The notes beneath the pieces were generated by a model that searched no databases, was not told the DNA's origin, and was given only the letters and a program-made list of their open reading frames with translations. Position numbers and translations under genes: made by a program. This document shows positions 1-8,206 of a stretch of 64,000 nucleotides of DNA, piece by piece. The DNA comes from an uncultured Burkholderiales bacterium (GTDB taxonomy: Bacteria; Actinomycetota; Acidimicrobiia; IMCC26256; JAGPDB01). The stretch spans positions 80,949 to 144,948 of the forward strand of contig CAZLQP010000003.1 in the NCBI GenBank assembly GCA_964561855.1, given 5' to 3'. Position 1 is the first letter of the stretch. Each line of letters begins with the position of its first letter.

Positions 1-1048
1 CCCACCTAACAATAACTTTGGCAGACAAGGTCGATGAAAGCTTTGAACCTACAATTGAGAAAATAACTAGACCTATTGAAAGTGGCAACAATCTGATCCC
101 TGTTTTCAATGCATCAAGCCCAAGAATAGTTTGAAGATATACAGGCATTATGAAAAACACTGCAGCAATTGTTAGGTATTGAGCCATTAATGAACTTAGA
201 GCACTTCTTAACACAGGAATTTTCAAAATTGAGACTTTCAATAGCGGATCTAATCCTCGCTCTTCAAGAGCTAACTGACGTTTGGTAAATGCGATAAGAA
301 TTAAAACACCAGCAACAATCAAGTAAGAAACTACTGATATTCCGAAAGGATTTATCTCTCGGCCATTTATCTCAGGGATTGCTAGAGGGTTGATCCAACC
401 CCAAGACCGACTTTGCAATACTCCGAATACGAGTAGTCCAAGTCCTCCTGCTGAGAGGAAAACACTGGGAACATCAAGCATTGGTTTATGAGAGACAACG
501 GAATCAGTAATTTTCCCAGCAAAGATTAGTACTATCACCATGATTACAGTCTCGGCAACGAAAACATAACGCCAAGAGAATTGAGTTGTCATATATCCAC
601 CGATTAGAGGACCGGCTGCTGCTGCGACACCAGCCACTGCACCGAGAAGAGAAAAAGCAATTACGCGATCTTTGCCATGATAATTCGTTGCAGCTAATGC
701 GAAAATTGCAGGTACAACCAAGATTGCACCTAGCCCTTCGATAAGTGACCAGCCAATTAATAAGACCAAAAGGTTTGGAGAAATTGCAGTTATCAAAGAA
801 CCTAGCCCATAAACAACTGCTCCAATTTTAAAGGCTTTTAGTCGACCAAAAATATCTCCAAGTTTTCCGCCAGTTAGCATAAATGCAGCCATAGTAAGAG
901 TGAAAAAAGTAATTGCCATCTGCATCCCGAAAATAGTTGTATCGAGATCAGCAGCAACCTGCGTGATGGATACATTCATCACAGTACCGTCTAACACCAT
1001 TACAAACTGCGCAAGACTAAGTAAGAGGATTACAAACCATTTTTTCAT
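1..1048 (-). CDS. MFS transporter, DHA2 (EmrB/QacA-like) family; C-terminus cut by the window edge
   Basis: My own minus-strand translation starts at ATG (complement of 1046-1048): MKKWFVILLLSLAQFVMVLDGTVMNVSITQVAADL... It stays open to position 1 with successive hydrophobic helices and an LDxTxxNV-type N-terminal motif. It is missing from the ORF track because it is open-ended. Confidence 0.7.
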   Translation of the reverse strand, partial: MKKWFVILLLSLAQFVMVLDGTVMNVSITQVAADLDTTIFGMQMAITFFTLTMAAFMLTGGKLGDIFGRLKAFKIGAVVYGLGSLITAISPNLLVLLIGWSLIEGLGAILVVPAIFALAATNYHGKDRVIAFSLLGAVAGVAAAAGPLIGGYMTTQFSWRYVFVAETVIMVIVLIFAGKITDSVVSHKPMLDVPSVFLSAGGLGLLVFGVLQSRSWGWINPLAIPEINGREINPFGISVVSYLIVAGVLILIAFTKRQLALEERGLDPLLKVSILKIPVLRSALSSLMAQYLTIAAVFFIMPVYLQTILGLDALKTGIRLLPLSIGLVIFSIVGSKLSSTLSAKVIVRW

Positions 1049-1107
1049 AGATAGAATAAAGCTACTATATTGTCTTGGCTATAATTCGAAATCTGACAAT
1101 TAGGCGA

Positions 1108-1662
1108 TTAAATTTCGACTGCCATATGCTCTAAAACAACTGCATTTGAAAGCGTTGCCATAAGTTTTCCAGAGATTGCAATTTTTGAACTTCGTAGTCC
1201 CGAGCCAATTACAACATATTCTTGTTCTAAAACTCTCGAATCGATCAGAAATGGCCAGTCAATGGGAGCTCCGATCGGTCCAATTCCACCATATTCCATC
1301 TGAGTTAACTCGGTAGCCATTTCCATTGGAGCAAAAGAAACTCCTTTGGCATCAAGATGTTTGCGAACAGTTTTGTTGATATCAGCACGGGTAGTTGCCA
1401 AGATATTACACAAGGCAAACCATTTTCTATCCGCTCTTTTAGCTTGAACAACGATAGTATTTGCAGATTCTTCAGGCTTTATTTCATAGGCTTCGCAAAA
1501 CTCTGCGGTATCTGCGAGATTGGGATCAATTTCTGCAACAAAGATCTCATCTAGGTGTTCTGAAAGTTCACCGATTTGCAAAGCCTCTTTAACAACATCA
1601 GCAACTAGGTGCAGATTATCCTTAACCGAGCGAAATTCAAGCTTGCCGATCAATACCGACAT
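1108..1662 (-). CDS. YbaK/ProX-type aminoacyl-tRNA trans-editing (deacylase) domain protein
   Basis: 184-aa ORF. An AAAGGAG Shine-Dalgarno lies 6 nt upstream of the ATG. The overall pattern (GGIGPIG, VVIGSG near the C-terminus) resembles the YbaK/EbsC family; this is recognition from memory only. Confidence 0.55.
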   Translation of the reverse strand: MSVLIGKLEFRSVKDNLHLVADVVKEALQIGELSEHLDEIFVAEIDPNLADTAEFCEAYEIKPEESANTIVVQAKRADRKWFALCNILATTRADINKTVRKHLDAKGVSFAPMEMATELTQMEYGGIGPIGAPIDWPFLIDSRVLEQEYVVIGSGLRSSKIAISGKLMATLSNAVVLEHMAVEI

Positions 1663-1700
1663 CTACTTCTCCTTTTTAGAATGTCCGTTTTGCCGGCTAT

Positions 1701-1718
1701 GGAGGGTCAGTCCTCCGG
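1701..1718. repeat. Copy of the dispersed palindromic repeat core GGAGGGTCAGTCCTCCGG (18/18)
   Basis: Exact core match. It lies 5 nt downstream of the ilvC stop (1724-1726) and 38 nt upstream of the next gene start (1662). Confidence 0.9.
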
Positions 1719-1723
1719 AAAAG

Positions 1724-2761
1724 TTAGGGGCGGAGTTTGCGGACTTGTGCTCCTGCGCGCCACATTTCACTTTCGCGAATTTCTTTAAGCTCTTCTTCAA
1801 GCTTTTCACGGTAGTCAGACTCTGAATTTTTCTGGATTGTACGTTTTGCTTCAGTTCCATCCTTGACTGATTCATACAAATCTGCAAATACAGGTTCCAC
1901 TGCTTCGCGGAAAGGACCCTTCCAGTCGAGCGCACCACGCTGAGCTGTTGTTGACACATTTGCCAACATCCAGTCCATACCATTTTCGCCAACAAACTTA
2001 ATCAGACTTTCAGTTAATTCTTCAACGGTTTCATTAAAAGCTTCTGATGGTGAATGTCCGTTAGCACGCAACACGTTGTATTGTGCTTCCATGACACCAG
2101 CCAAAGCACCGATCAAAATACCGCGCTCTCCCGTTAAATCAGAACGAGTTTCTTTCTCGAAATCAGTGACAAACAAATAACCAGAACCAACACCAATACC
2201 CATGGCTTTAACTTTGTCCCAAGCTTTACCTGAAACGTCTTGGTATACAGCCATTGAAGAGTTAATTCCCTTTCCTTCAAGGAATAAACGTCTTACAGAA
2301 GTACCAGAACCCTTAGGTGCAACCAATATCACGTCTACATTTGAAGGAGGATTAATTCCAGTTTCTTGGTTGAAAGTAATACCAAATCCATGAGAGAAAT
2401 ACAAAGTCTTACCTTCAGTAAGGTGTGGTTCAATTTCTGGCCATAATGCGATCTGTGCTGCATCTGACAATAGATAGCAAATCACTGTTGCACGCTCAGC
2501 TGCTTCTACAGGTGAAAACAAAGTTTCTCCGGGAACCCAGCCATCAGCTTTTGCTTTTTCATAGGTTGCAGTAGAGTCGCGTTGACCAACGATCACATTA
2601 AAGCCATTGTCACGAAGGTTCATTGCTTGTCCAGGACCTTGGACTCCGTAACCAATAATCGCAATAGTCTCATCTTTAAGAGTTTCTAAAGCTTTTTCAA
2701 TCGGGAACTCATCTCGAGTGATAACTTCTTCTTCTATTCCACCAAATTCAATTTTTGCCAT
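1724..2761 (-). CDS. ilvC: Ketol-acid reductoisomerase (class I)
   Basis: 345 aa. It has the N-terminal Rossmann motif IIGYGVQGPGQAMNLRDNG and a conserved IlvC C-terminal knotted-domain pattern. Confidence 0.95.
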   Translation of the reverse strand: MAKIEFGGIEEEVITRDEFPIEKALETLKDETIAIIGYGVQGPGQAMNLRDNGFNVIVGQRDSTATYEKAKADGWVPGETLFSPVEAAERATVICYLLSDAAQIALWPEIEPHLTEGKTLYFSHGFGITFNQETGINPPSNVDVILVAPKGSGTSVRRLFLEGKGINSSMAVYQDVSGKAWDKVKAMGIGVGSGYLFVTDFEKETRSDLTGERGILIGALAGVMEAQYNVLRANGHSPSEAFNETVEELTESLIKFVGENGMDWMLANVSTTAQRGALDWKGPFREAVEPVFADLYESVKDGTEAKRTIQKNSESDYREKLEEELKEIRESEMWRAGAQVRKLRP

Positions 2762-2786
2762 AAGTTAGAATCTATCACATCTCGTA

Positions 2787-3296
2787 TTATCGACCAAAGC
2801 TCGGACTCTTTTGTAACCTCGCAACTGTATCTAAAGTCTCTAATCTCGAAGCAACAGCCAAGGTAGTCTTAACTATTGGTTCAGCCTTTGATAAATATAC
2901 AACCCAGCAAGGGTCATTTAAATGGGCATCAGATCGAACAAATCTTAAAAATGCTTCGAGGTCAGTCGACGGCAATCCATTAAGAGCGAGATCAGATTCA
3001 GGATGAATGAATAATATGACATCTTTAGGATCCAAACACATGTCGACAAATTTGTCGGCATCGATCCCTAAATCATATTGAAGAATTTCGATTGGGCTCT
3101 GTGTTCTGCCGGCTATTCCTTCAACATCACTACCTGGAAGATAGAGATAATCTTGCTCCGATAAAAGTCTGCTTAGATCTACGGCATCAATCTTTGAAAA
3201 CGACTCACAAGTTAGAAGTTGATATAGCGGATCGATGACTTCAGGTTCACCGACCGGTGTCAAAATAGTGCCCATTGGTATATTGGGTGCCGACAT
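2787..3296 (-). CDS. Hypothetical acidic protein
   Basis: 169-aa ORF with a strong SD (AAGGAGGA) just upstream of the ATG. I recognise no family. Confidence 0.5.
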   Translation of the reverse strand: MSAPNIPMGTILTPVGEPEVIDPLYQLLTCESFSKIDAVDLSRLLSEQDYLYLPGSDVEGIAGRTQSPIEILQYDLGIDADKFVDMCLDPKDVILFIHPESDLALNGLPSTDLEAFLRFVRSDAHLNDPCWVVYLSKAEPIVKTTLAVASRLETLDTVARLQKSPSFGR

Positions 3297-3427
3297 TCGT
3301 CCTCCTTGATTTAACAGTGAGATACCTTAGTCGCCTGACAAAAAGTCCACCAATTTGCTCTTATGACCTTTAGCATGGTCCTCGATTACTCTTCATTTTT
3401 GTTGGAGTTACTAATAAAAATAGCTAC

Positions 3428-3433
3428 TATAAT
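3428..3433 (+). promoter_or_regulatory. Candidate -10 box (TATAAT) for a leaderless transcript of the downstream dehydrogenase gene
   Basis: A perfect TATAAT ends 6 nt before the A of the ATG at 3440, and there is no SD. This spacing fits actinobacterial leaderless mRNAs. The only -35-like hexamer (TTGGAG, 3402-3407) is 20 nt away. Confidence 0.3.
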
Positions 3434-3439
3434 CATGAA

Positions 3440-4378
3440 ATGAAGTTTTATATTTTCGATCCTCTGTGGCATGAGTTGTTGACACCAGAAATGGGTGAAC
3501 AACTCGAAAAAAACAATGTCCACTTTGAAGTTATAACTGAAATAGCCCCACTGTCTAACTACCAAGCTGTTCTTTCAAACGATGAACAGAAAATTATCTG
3601 CATAAATCCAGATTTTGTCAATTGGAAACTCTCTGCCGATGATTTTAAAGATATACCTAATCTCGCAGGAATCTTTCCAGCCTCAACTTCTTTTGCTTGG
3701 ATAGATTCTTCATATGCGAATGAAAACAACATACCAATTTGCAACATAAAGAACTTTTCAACGCAAGCAGTTGCTGAATGGGCTGTTATGATGATGTTTA
3801 ATCTTGCTCGTCAGATTCCGTGCTTAACAAAAGATGGCTTTCCGTTGGACTTCGACAAAGATTATATGAAGTATCGAGGTATCGAGCTACATGGAAAGAC
3901 AGCTGGAATAATTGGGATGGGAAATATAGGAAACGCAATTGCGAATAGATGCCATGCGTTAGGTATGAATGTGATCTATTGGTCAAAATCGAAAAAAGAT
4001 AATGACTTTGAAGCTCATGATCTTGATTCAGTGTTCAAAAATGCAGATGTGATATTTCCTACCATGGCAAAAAATGAGGAATCAGAAAAACTTATAACTA
4101 ATGATTTATTAGATTCAATGAAACCGTCAGCAATGCTAGTAAGTATTGAGCACCATTTATTCGATTACAAGTATGCAATTGAGTTAGCTGAAACCAAAAA
4201 GATTTTTGGTTTTGCATTTGAAGACCAGCCCGGGTCGTTTAACAACTATAAAGGCAATGTGTGGGCAGCTCCAGCCTATGCTTGGGCAACAAAAGAAACA
4301 ATGCAAAACGCAATGACTAAATGGATCGAAAATATGGTCTATGCAGTAAGTGGAGAGTTTCCGAATCGCGTTAATTAA
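3440..4378 (+). CDS. D-isomer-specific 2-hydroxyacid dehydrogenase family protein (NAD-binding)
   Basis: 312 aa. It has the NAD fingerprint GKTAGIIGMGNIGNAIANR and a C-terminal catalytic region of the D-2-HADH pattern. Confidence 0.8.
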   Translation: MKFYIFDPLWHELLTPEMGEQLEKNNVHFEVITEIAPLSNYQAVLSNDEQKIICINPDFVNWKLSADDFKDIPNLAGIFPASTSFAWIDSSYANENNIPICNIKNFSTQAVAEWAVMMMFNLARQIPCLTKDGFPLDFDKDYMKYRGIELHGKTAGIIGMGNIGNAIANRCHALGMNVIYWSKSKKDNDFEAHDLDSVFKNADVIFPTMAKNEESEKLITNDLLDSMKPSAMLVSIEHHLFDYKYAIELAETKKIFGFAFEDQPGSFNNYKGNVWAAPAYAWATKETMQNAMTKWIENMVYAVSGEFPNRVN

Positions 4379-4379
4379 C

Positions 4380-5729
4380 TTAGCGCGTAAGTTCAACCGC
4401 AAAAGCTTCGAACACTTCTACATTTAAATCGCATTCTTTTTGTGTATGTTGAACACTCACAAGCCATTGCTCATCAAGACCAGGGGGCAATAAAATCCCG
4501 CGGTTGATTCCGAACAACCATTGCGCATATGCAAGATCGAAATCGGTTGCTTTATAATCGCGGTAATTTCGCACTCGATCTTTTGACCAAGTTACACAGC
4601 CTTTAGCTCCAAGTCCTACTGTGTGTGCCGGTAAATCATATTCCTTGATGATCTCATCCATACGAACAAGCATTGAACGATTCAAAGATGAAGCGTATTC
4701 AATTGCGTCTTTAGTACATATTTCAGCCAACACAGCTTTTGAAGCAGCCATAACTAAAGGGTTTCCATTGTACGTACCTAGATGCAGGACTCCTTCTTCT
4801 ATGGTATTCATCAGTTCAGCACTTCCACCGAATGCGCCAAGAGGAAGTCCTCCTCCTATTGATTTTGCTAAGCATATTAAGTCGGGTTTAACACCGAAGT
4901 GATTTGTAGCTCCGCCATATCCTGATGTAATTCCAGTTTTTACTTCGTCAAAAATTAAGACAGTACCGTATCGTTTAGTTATCTCTCTTACCTTTTCCAA
5001 ATAGCCATCATCTGGTAAACATATGCCTATATTTTCCATTGCAGGCTCGACGATAAATGCAGCATATTGTTCAGATTTAAGAACATTTTCAAGTGCTTCG
5101 GCATTGTTATATGGAACGACAGTAACTACATCTGCAATATTTGGATCGAGACCTTTTGATGCGGGAATCGCATTCGGCGACAAAGGATCGCCTGCTTCTT
5201 CAATGGTCGGCTTCATTGAAACCATCACTTCGTCATGATGGCCGTGATATCCACCTTCGACTTTAACTATTTTGTGTCTAGATGTAAAACCTCGAGCGAC
5301 TCGGATCGCATCATGAGTAGATTCAGTTCCAGAATTTGTGAAACGAAATTTTTCTATACCAAAACGCTCAGATAAAAGTTCTGCCACTTCAGCATTTGTA
5401 TCGCATGGGGTAACAAACAATGTTCCATGGTCTAGTTGTTCTTGGATTGCTTCTTTTAGCTTTGGATGACAGTGTCCAGCTAATAAGGCACCATATCCCA
5501 TATTGAAGTCAACATATTCGTTGTCATCAACATCGGTTAGCCAAGCTCCTTGTGCTGATTTTGCAACTATAGGATGCGGATCATAATACTGGAATGAGCT
5601 TGGCACACCCATTGGCAATACTTTGGCTGCGCGGGCTGTGTGAGCAGAGCTTTCTTTTGTACGTTGAGCATAAGTTTCAGCTTCGGTTTCGGTAATTTCT
5701 TTTGCTCTAGCTACTAGATCTTTACTCAT
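4380..5729 (-). CDS. Class-III (GSA-aminomutase-like) PLP aminotransferase
   Basis: 449 aa. Motifs DEVKTG and LAKSIGGGLPLGAFGG (PLP-lysine) closely resemble HemL. The N-terminus (PMGVPSSFQYY) departs from the canonical HemL PGGVNSPVRAF, so a paralog is as likely as true hemL. Confidence 0.8.
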   Translation of the reverse strand: MSKDLVARAKEITETEAETYAQRTKESSAHTARAAKVLPMGVPSSFQYYDPHPIVAKSAQGAWLTDVDDNEYVDFNMGYGALLAGHCHPKLKEAIQEQLDHGTLFVTPCDTNAEVAELLSERFGIEKFRFTNSGTESTHDAIRVARGFTSRHKIVKVEGGYHGHHDEVMVSMKPTIEEAGDPLSPNAIPASKGLDPNIADVVTVVPYNNAEALENVLKSEQYAAFIVEPAMENIGICLPDDGYLEKVREITKRYGTVLIFDEVKTGITSGYGGATNHFGVKPDLICLAKSIGGGLPLGAFGGSAELMNTIEEGVLHLGTYNGNPLVMAASKAVLAEICTKDAIEYASSLNRSMLVRMDEIIKEYDLPAHTVGLGAKGCVTWSKDRVRNYRDYKATDFDLAYAQWLFGINRGILLPPGLDEQWLVSVQHTQKECDLNVEVFEAFAVELTR

Positions 5730-5813
5730 ATCTACTCCTAAGATTGACTTATTATCGAAATCTTAGACGCGAAACTGAAATTTGTCAGGAATAGGTATAG
5801 AATGTTTGTTCTC

Positions 5814-5899
5814 GCGAGCGTGGCGGAATTGGCAGACGCGCTAGGTTTAGGTCCTAGTGTCCATTGGACGTGAGGGTTCAAGTCCCTCCGCTCGTACCA
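5814..5899 (+). tRNA. tRNA-Leu (anticodon UAG), genome-encoded CCA
   Basis: Cloverleaf read by eye. The acceptor is GCGAGCG/CGCTCGT with a 1-72 G-U pair. The anticodon stem is CTAGG/CCTAG with loop TTTAGGT, giving anticodon TAG. It has a long variable arm, a T-arm GGGTTCAAGTCCC, and a 3' CCA. Confidence 0.9.
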
Positions 5900-5971
5900 C
5901 TACTTTAGAAACACCGCGTTGGCTACAAAACCTACCAGTATAAAGCCAAAAACCAGGCCAACGTAGAGGAG

Positions 5972-6439
5972 TTATTTGGTTTTGGATTCGATGTTTTGAT
6001 CTACACGAACGGCAATGGCAGGTATTCGAGAATTAGCAACTTGCTTTCTTAAATGATTGTCCATGGCTTTAGCATTTTTGAAGTCAACTCCACGCATATT
6101 GCAGCGTTCTTTTAAAAGCTTTTCATCAATGTCTAAATAAACGACTAGATCACATTCATCAAAAACTACTGTACCGAAAACAGGTTTACCCTCGGATACA
6201 GACACATGTCTTTTAGCTAAAGATTCCATTTTCTCTCCGACCTTTGGAGTCCATTTATCAACGTCAACAGTAGCGATTTCGCTTGGAGTCAAATGAGAAA
6301 AAACGACTTGATCCATATCTATTGATTGATTGAATTTTTTATTCAATGTTGATTTTCCAGCACAAGTTGTACCGACCACACATATTTTCTTATCTTCGTT
6401 TTCATTGAATATAGTTTCTAATTCTTGTGCTGCATTCAT
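5972..6439 (-). CDS. Small P-loop NTPase / kinase-like protein
   Basis: 155 aa with Walker A GTTCAGKST near the N-terminus. The size and layout are those of a nucleoside/nucleotide-kinase-like fold. Confidence 0.55.
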   Translation of the reverse strand: MNAAQELETIFNENEDKKICVVGTTCAGKSTLNKKFNQSIDMDQVVFSHLTPSEIATVDVDKWTPKVGEKMESLAKRHVSVSEGKPVFGTVVFDECDLVVYLDIDEKLLKERCNMRGVDFKNAKAMDNHLRKQVANSRIPAIAVRVDQNIESKTK

Positions 6440-6449
6440 ATTTTTCCTC

Positions 6450-7148
6450 TCAACTTAATCTTTCAAATTCGAATCCCATAAAGAGACCTGTGTCAAAAAC
6501 TCCTTCAATTTCATTGATTTGTTTAACCAAATTGTCATCAAAACCGGAACGGTTGACCACATCTACAATTACATTTCCAGTTTCCGTAATTACTGGTCCA
6601 TCTTTTCCTGAACCCGTTCGAATATCAACTGAATCAAAATTCATATCCTTTAGAGATTCGATTGCAGCAATAACAAACATTGGTTCGACTTCGATCGGTG
6701 CTGGAAATTTCTCTCCCAATACTTCAACATCTTTCGAGGGATCCGCAACGACTAATCGCTTCTCTGACATCCGAAAGACTTGTCGTTCACGGTGCATTGC
6801 ACCGCCACGACCCTTAAGTAAGTTGCCATTCGGATCCACTTCATCTGCGCCATCGAAACACCAGTCGACTTTTCCAACTACAGTTGTCGATAACTCAATA
6901 CCAAGTTTTTTACACAACCACTCAAGCTCTAACGATGTCACAACTGCAGAAACATTCAAACCACTTTTGACTGCTTTACCAAACTCAAGGGCACAAACCA
7001 TTGCAGTTGTGCCGCTACCGAACCCTATTATTTCCCCGTCTTTTGCTCGAGAAACAATTTCTTTTGCTATTGCTTCCTTTGCTTCACGGTTAGAAACGCT
7101 GGCCCACAGCGCATCGGTATTTATTGGAAACTCGTCCATTTTCCCCAC
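6450..7148 (-). CDS. rpiA: Ribose-5-phosphate isomerase A
   Basis: Motifs GFGSGTT, DGADEVD and KGRGGA are present. The start is either GTG at 7148 or ATG at 7139. Confidence 0.9.
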   Translation of the reverse strand: MGKMDEFPINTDALWASVSNREAKEAIAKEIVSRAKDGEIIGFGSGTTAMVCALEFGKAVKSGLNVSAVVTSLELEWLCKKLGIELSTTVVGKVDWCFDGADEVDPNGNLLKGRGGAMHRERQVFRMSEKRLVVADPSKDVEVLGEKFPAPIEVEPMFVIAAIESLKDMNFDSVDIRTGSGKDGPVITETGNVIVDVVNRSGFDDNLVKQINEIEGVFDTGLFMGFEFERLS

Positions 7149-7151
7149 TTC

Positions 7152-7169
7152 CCAGAGGACTGACCCTCC
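7152..7169. repeat. Copy of the dispersed palindromic repeat core (17/18; CCAGAGGACTGACCCTCC)
   Basis: There is one mismatch to the core. It fills the 33-nt spacer between the stop of the upstream gene (7182) and the rpiA start. Confidence 0.8.
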
Positions 7170-7181
7170 ATAAGGTATTTT

Positions 7182-7580
7182 TTACTCTTTTTTCCGTCTG
7201 CCTCTACGTTTTTTCTTCTTTTTCTTTCCAGCATTATCCAATGCTTGGAACTCTGCGAGCAGCTCTGGCGTAATTGCATTTACGATATCTTCCGCTTCAT
7301 CGAGAATTTCAGCAGCTGCACCTTTGTCTACAGATTCGATTTCATCGGGTGGTTTCACTATTGGACTTGCTAGTGATCCATAATCCCAGCCAACGTCAAC
7401 AGTTCTTCGCACATATGCAGAACATTCTTCGGGACATTCCCAAGGAGCATTGGGCGCGAGATCTAATTTACATTTGCGGACCACTTCACCGGTTGCATAG
7501 CTTCGCGACTCAAAATTTTTACAGTCATACCTCATCGACATCTGGCGAGCTTTCCTTTCACACGAATCTCTACTATCCAT
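7182..7580 (-). CDS. Hypothetical Cys-containing protein with a poly-Lys/Arg C-terminal tail
   Basis: 132 aa. Several Cys residues sit in the N-terminal half (CKNF...CKLD...CPEEC). The C-terminus is GKKKKKKRRGRRKKE. I recognise no family. Confidence 0.5.
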   Translation of the reverse strand: MDSRDSCERKARQMSMRYDCKNFESRSYATGEVVRKCKLDLAPNAPWECPEECSAYVRRTVDVGWDYGSLASPIVKPPDEIESVDKGAAAEILDEAEDIVNAITPELLAEFQALDNAGKKKKKKRRGRRKKE

Positions 7581-7598
7581 CCTAGAAGAAAACGACGG

Positions 7599-8204
7599 CT
7601 AAACCCAACGGGCTTCTTTTATCCCTACAGCTAGCGATCTAAAGGCCTTGGCTCTGTGCGAAATCATGTTTTTCACGCCCTGCTCCATTTCAGCAAATGA
7701 AAGTTCATTACCATAATCACTTGGAACAAATAGTGGATCATAACCAAAACCAAGGTCACCTCTTGGTGCTTCTAGTATGTGTCCTTCAATCGAACCAGTT
7801 GCTACAATGTCGTTCTTTTGTGCTGCAATCGCAATAGCACAAGTAGAAAATCTCGCTGTGCGTTTTTTAAACGGCACATCTTCAAGTTCTTCCAACAGCT
7901 TTTGACAATTATCTTGATAAGTTGCGTCTTGGCTTGCATAACGTGCAGAGTGGACTCCGGGTCTACCATCAAGTTCGTCAACGAATAACCCTGTGTCGTC
8001 TGCAAGTACTATGCAATCAGGGTTATATTCAAGCCATGCGTAAGCTTTTATCCGCGCATTTTCTTCAATTGTATCCCCATATTCTTCTACTTCACCTGGA
8101 TCTATTCCAGATTCAAACTCAACTTGGGCGAATTCTTTTGCAAATATTTTCTCGATCTCTGAAACCTTGTCCGCATTATGTGAAGCTAGTAGAAACTTAG
8201 GCAT
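7599..8204 (-). CDS. rdgB: Non-canonical purine NTP pyrophosphatase (RdgB/HAM1 family)
   Basis: 201 aa with the GFGYDPLF motif. It lies immediately downstream of rph, as in other actinobacteria. Confidence 0.9.
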   Translation of the reverse strand: MPKFLLASHNADKVSEIEKIFAKEFAQVEFESGIDPGEVEEYGDTIEENARIKAYAWLEYNPDCIVLADDTGLFVDELDGRPGVHSARYASQDATYQDNCQKLLEELEDVPFKKRTARFSTCAIAIAAQKNDIVATGSIEGHILEAPRGDLGFGYDPLFVPSDYGNELSFAEMEQGVKNMISHRAKAFRSLAVGIKEARWV

Positions 8205-8206
8205 AT

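Noticed and set aside
900-1103. 67-aa plus-strand ORF
   Set aside because: It lies antisense to the 5' end of the MFS transporter gene and across its start region. It has no RBS and no family resemblance.
2787-3296. Possible ilvN (acetolactate synthase small subunit) upstream of ilvC
   Set aside because: The size is similar, but the sequence lacks the ACT-domain pattern of IlvN/IlvH (no …LSVLVENxPGVLxRV…). It was kept as hypothetical.
5814-5971. tRNA-Leu as an integration site for a genomic island
   Set aside because: There is no integrase or recombinase gene on either side. I found no direct repeat of the tRNA 3' end downstream. The flanking genes are ordinary core metabolism.
6427-7173. 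248-aa plus-strand ORF antisense to rpiA; similar long antisense ORFs at 12698..13099, 13139..13468, 57822..58262, 39000..39422 and 35698..36033
   Set aside because: These are shadow ORFs opposite well-supported conserved genes. They have low-complexity Ser/Pro/Thr-rich translations, no RBS, and no family resemblance.
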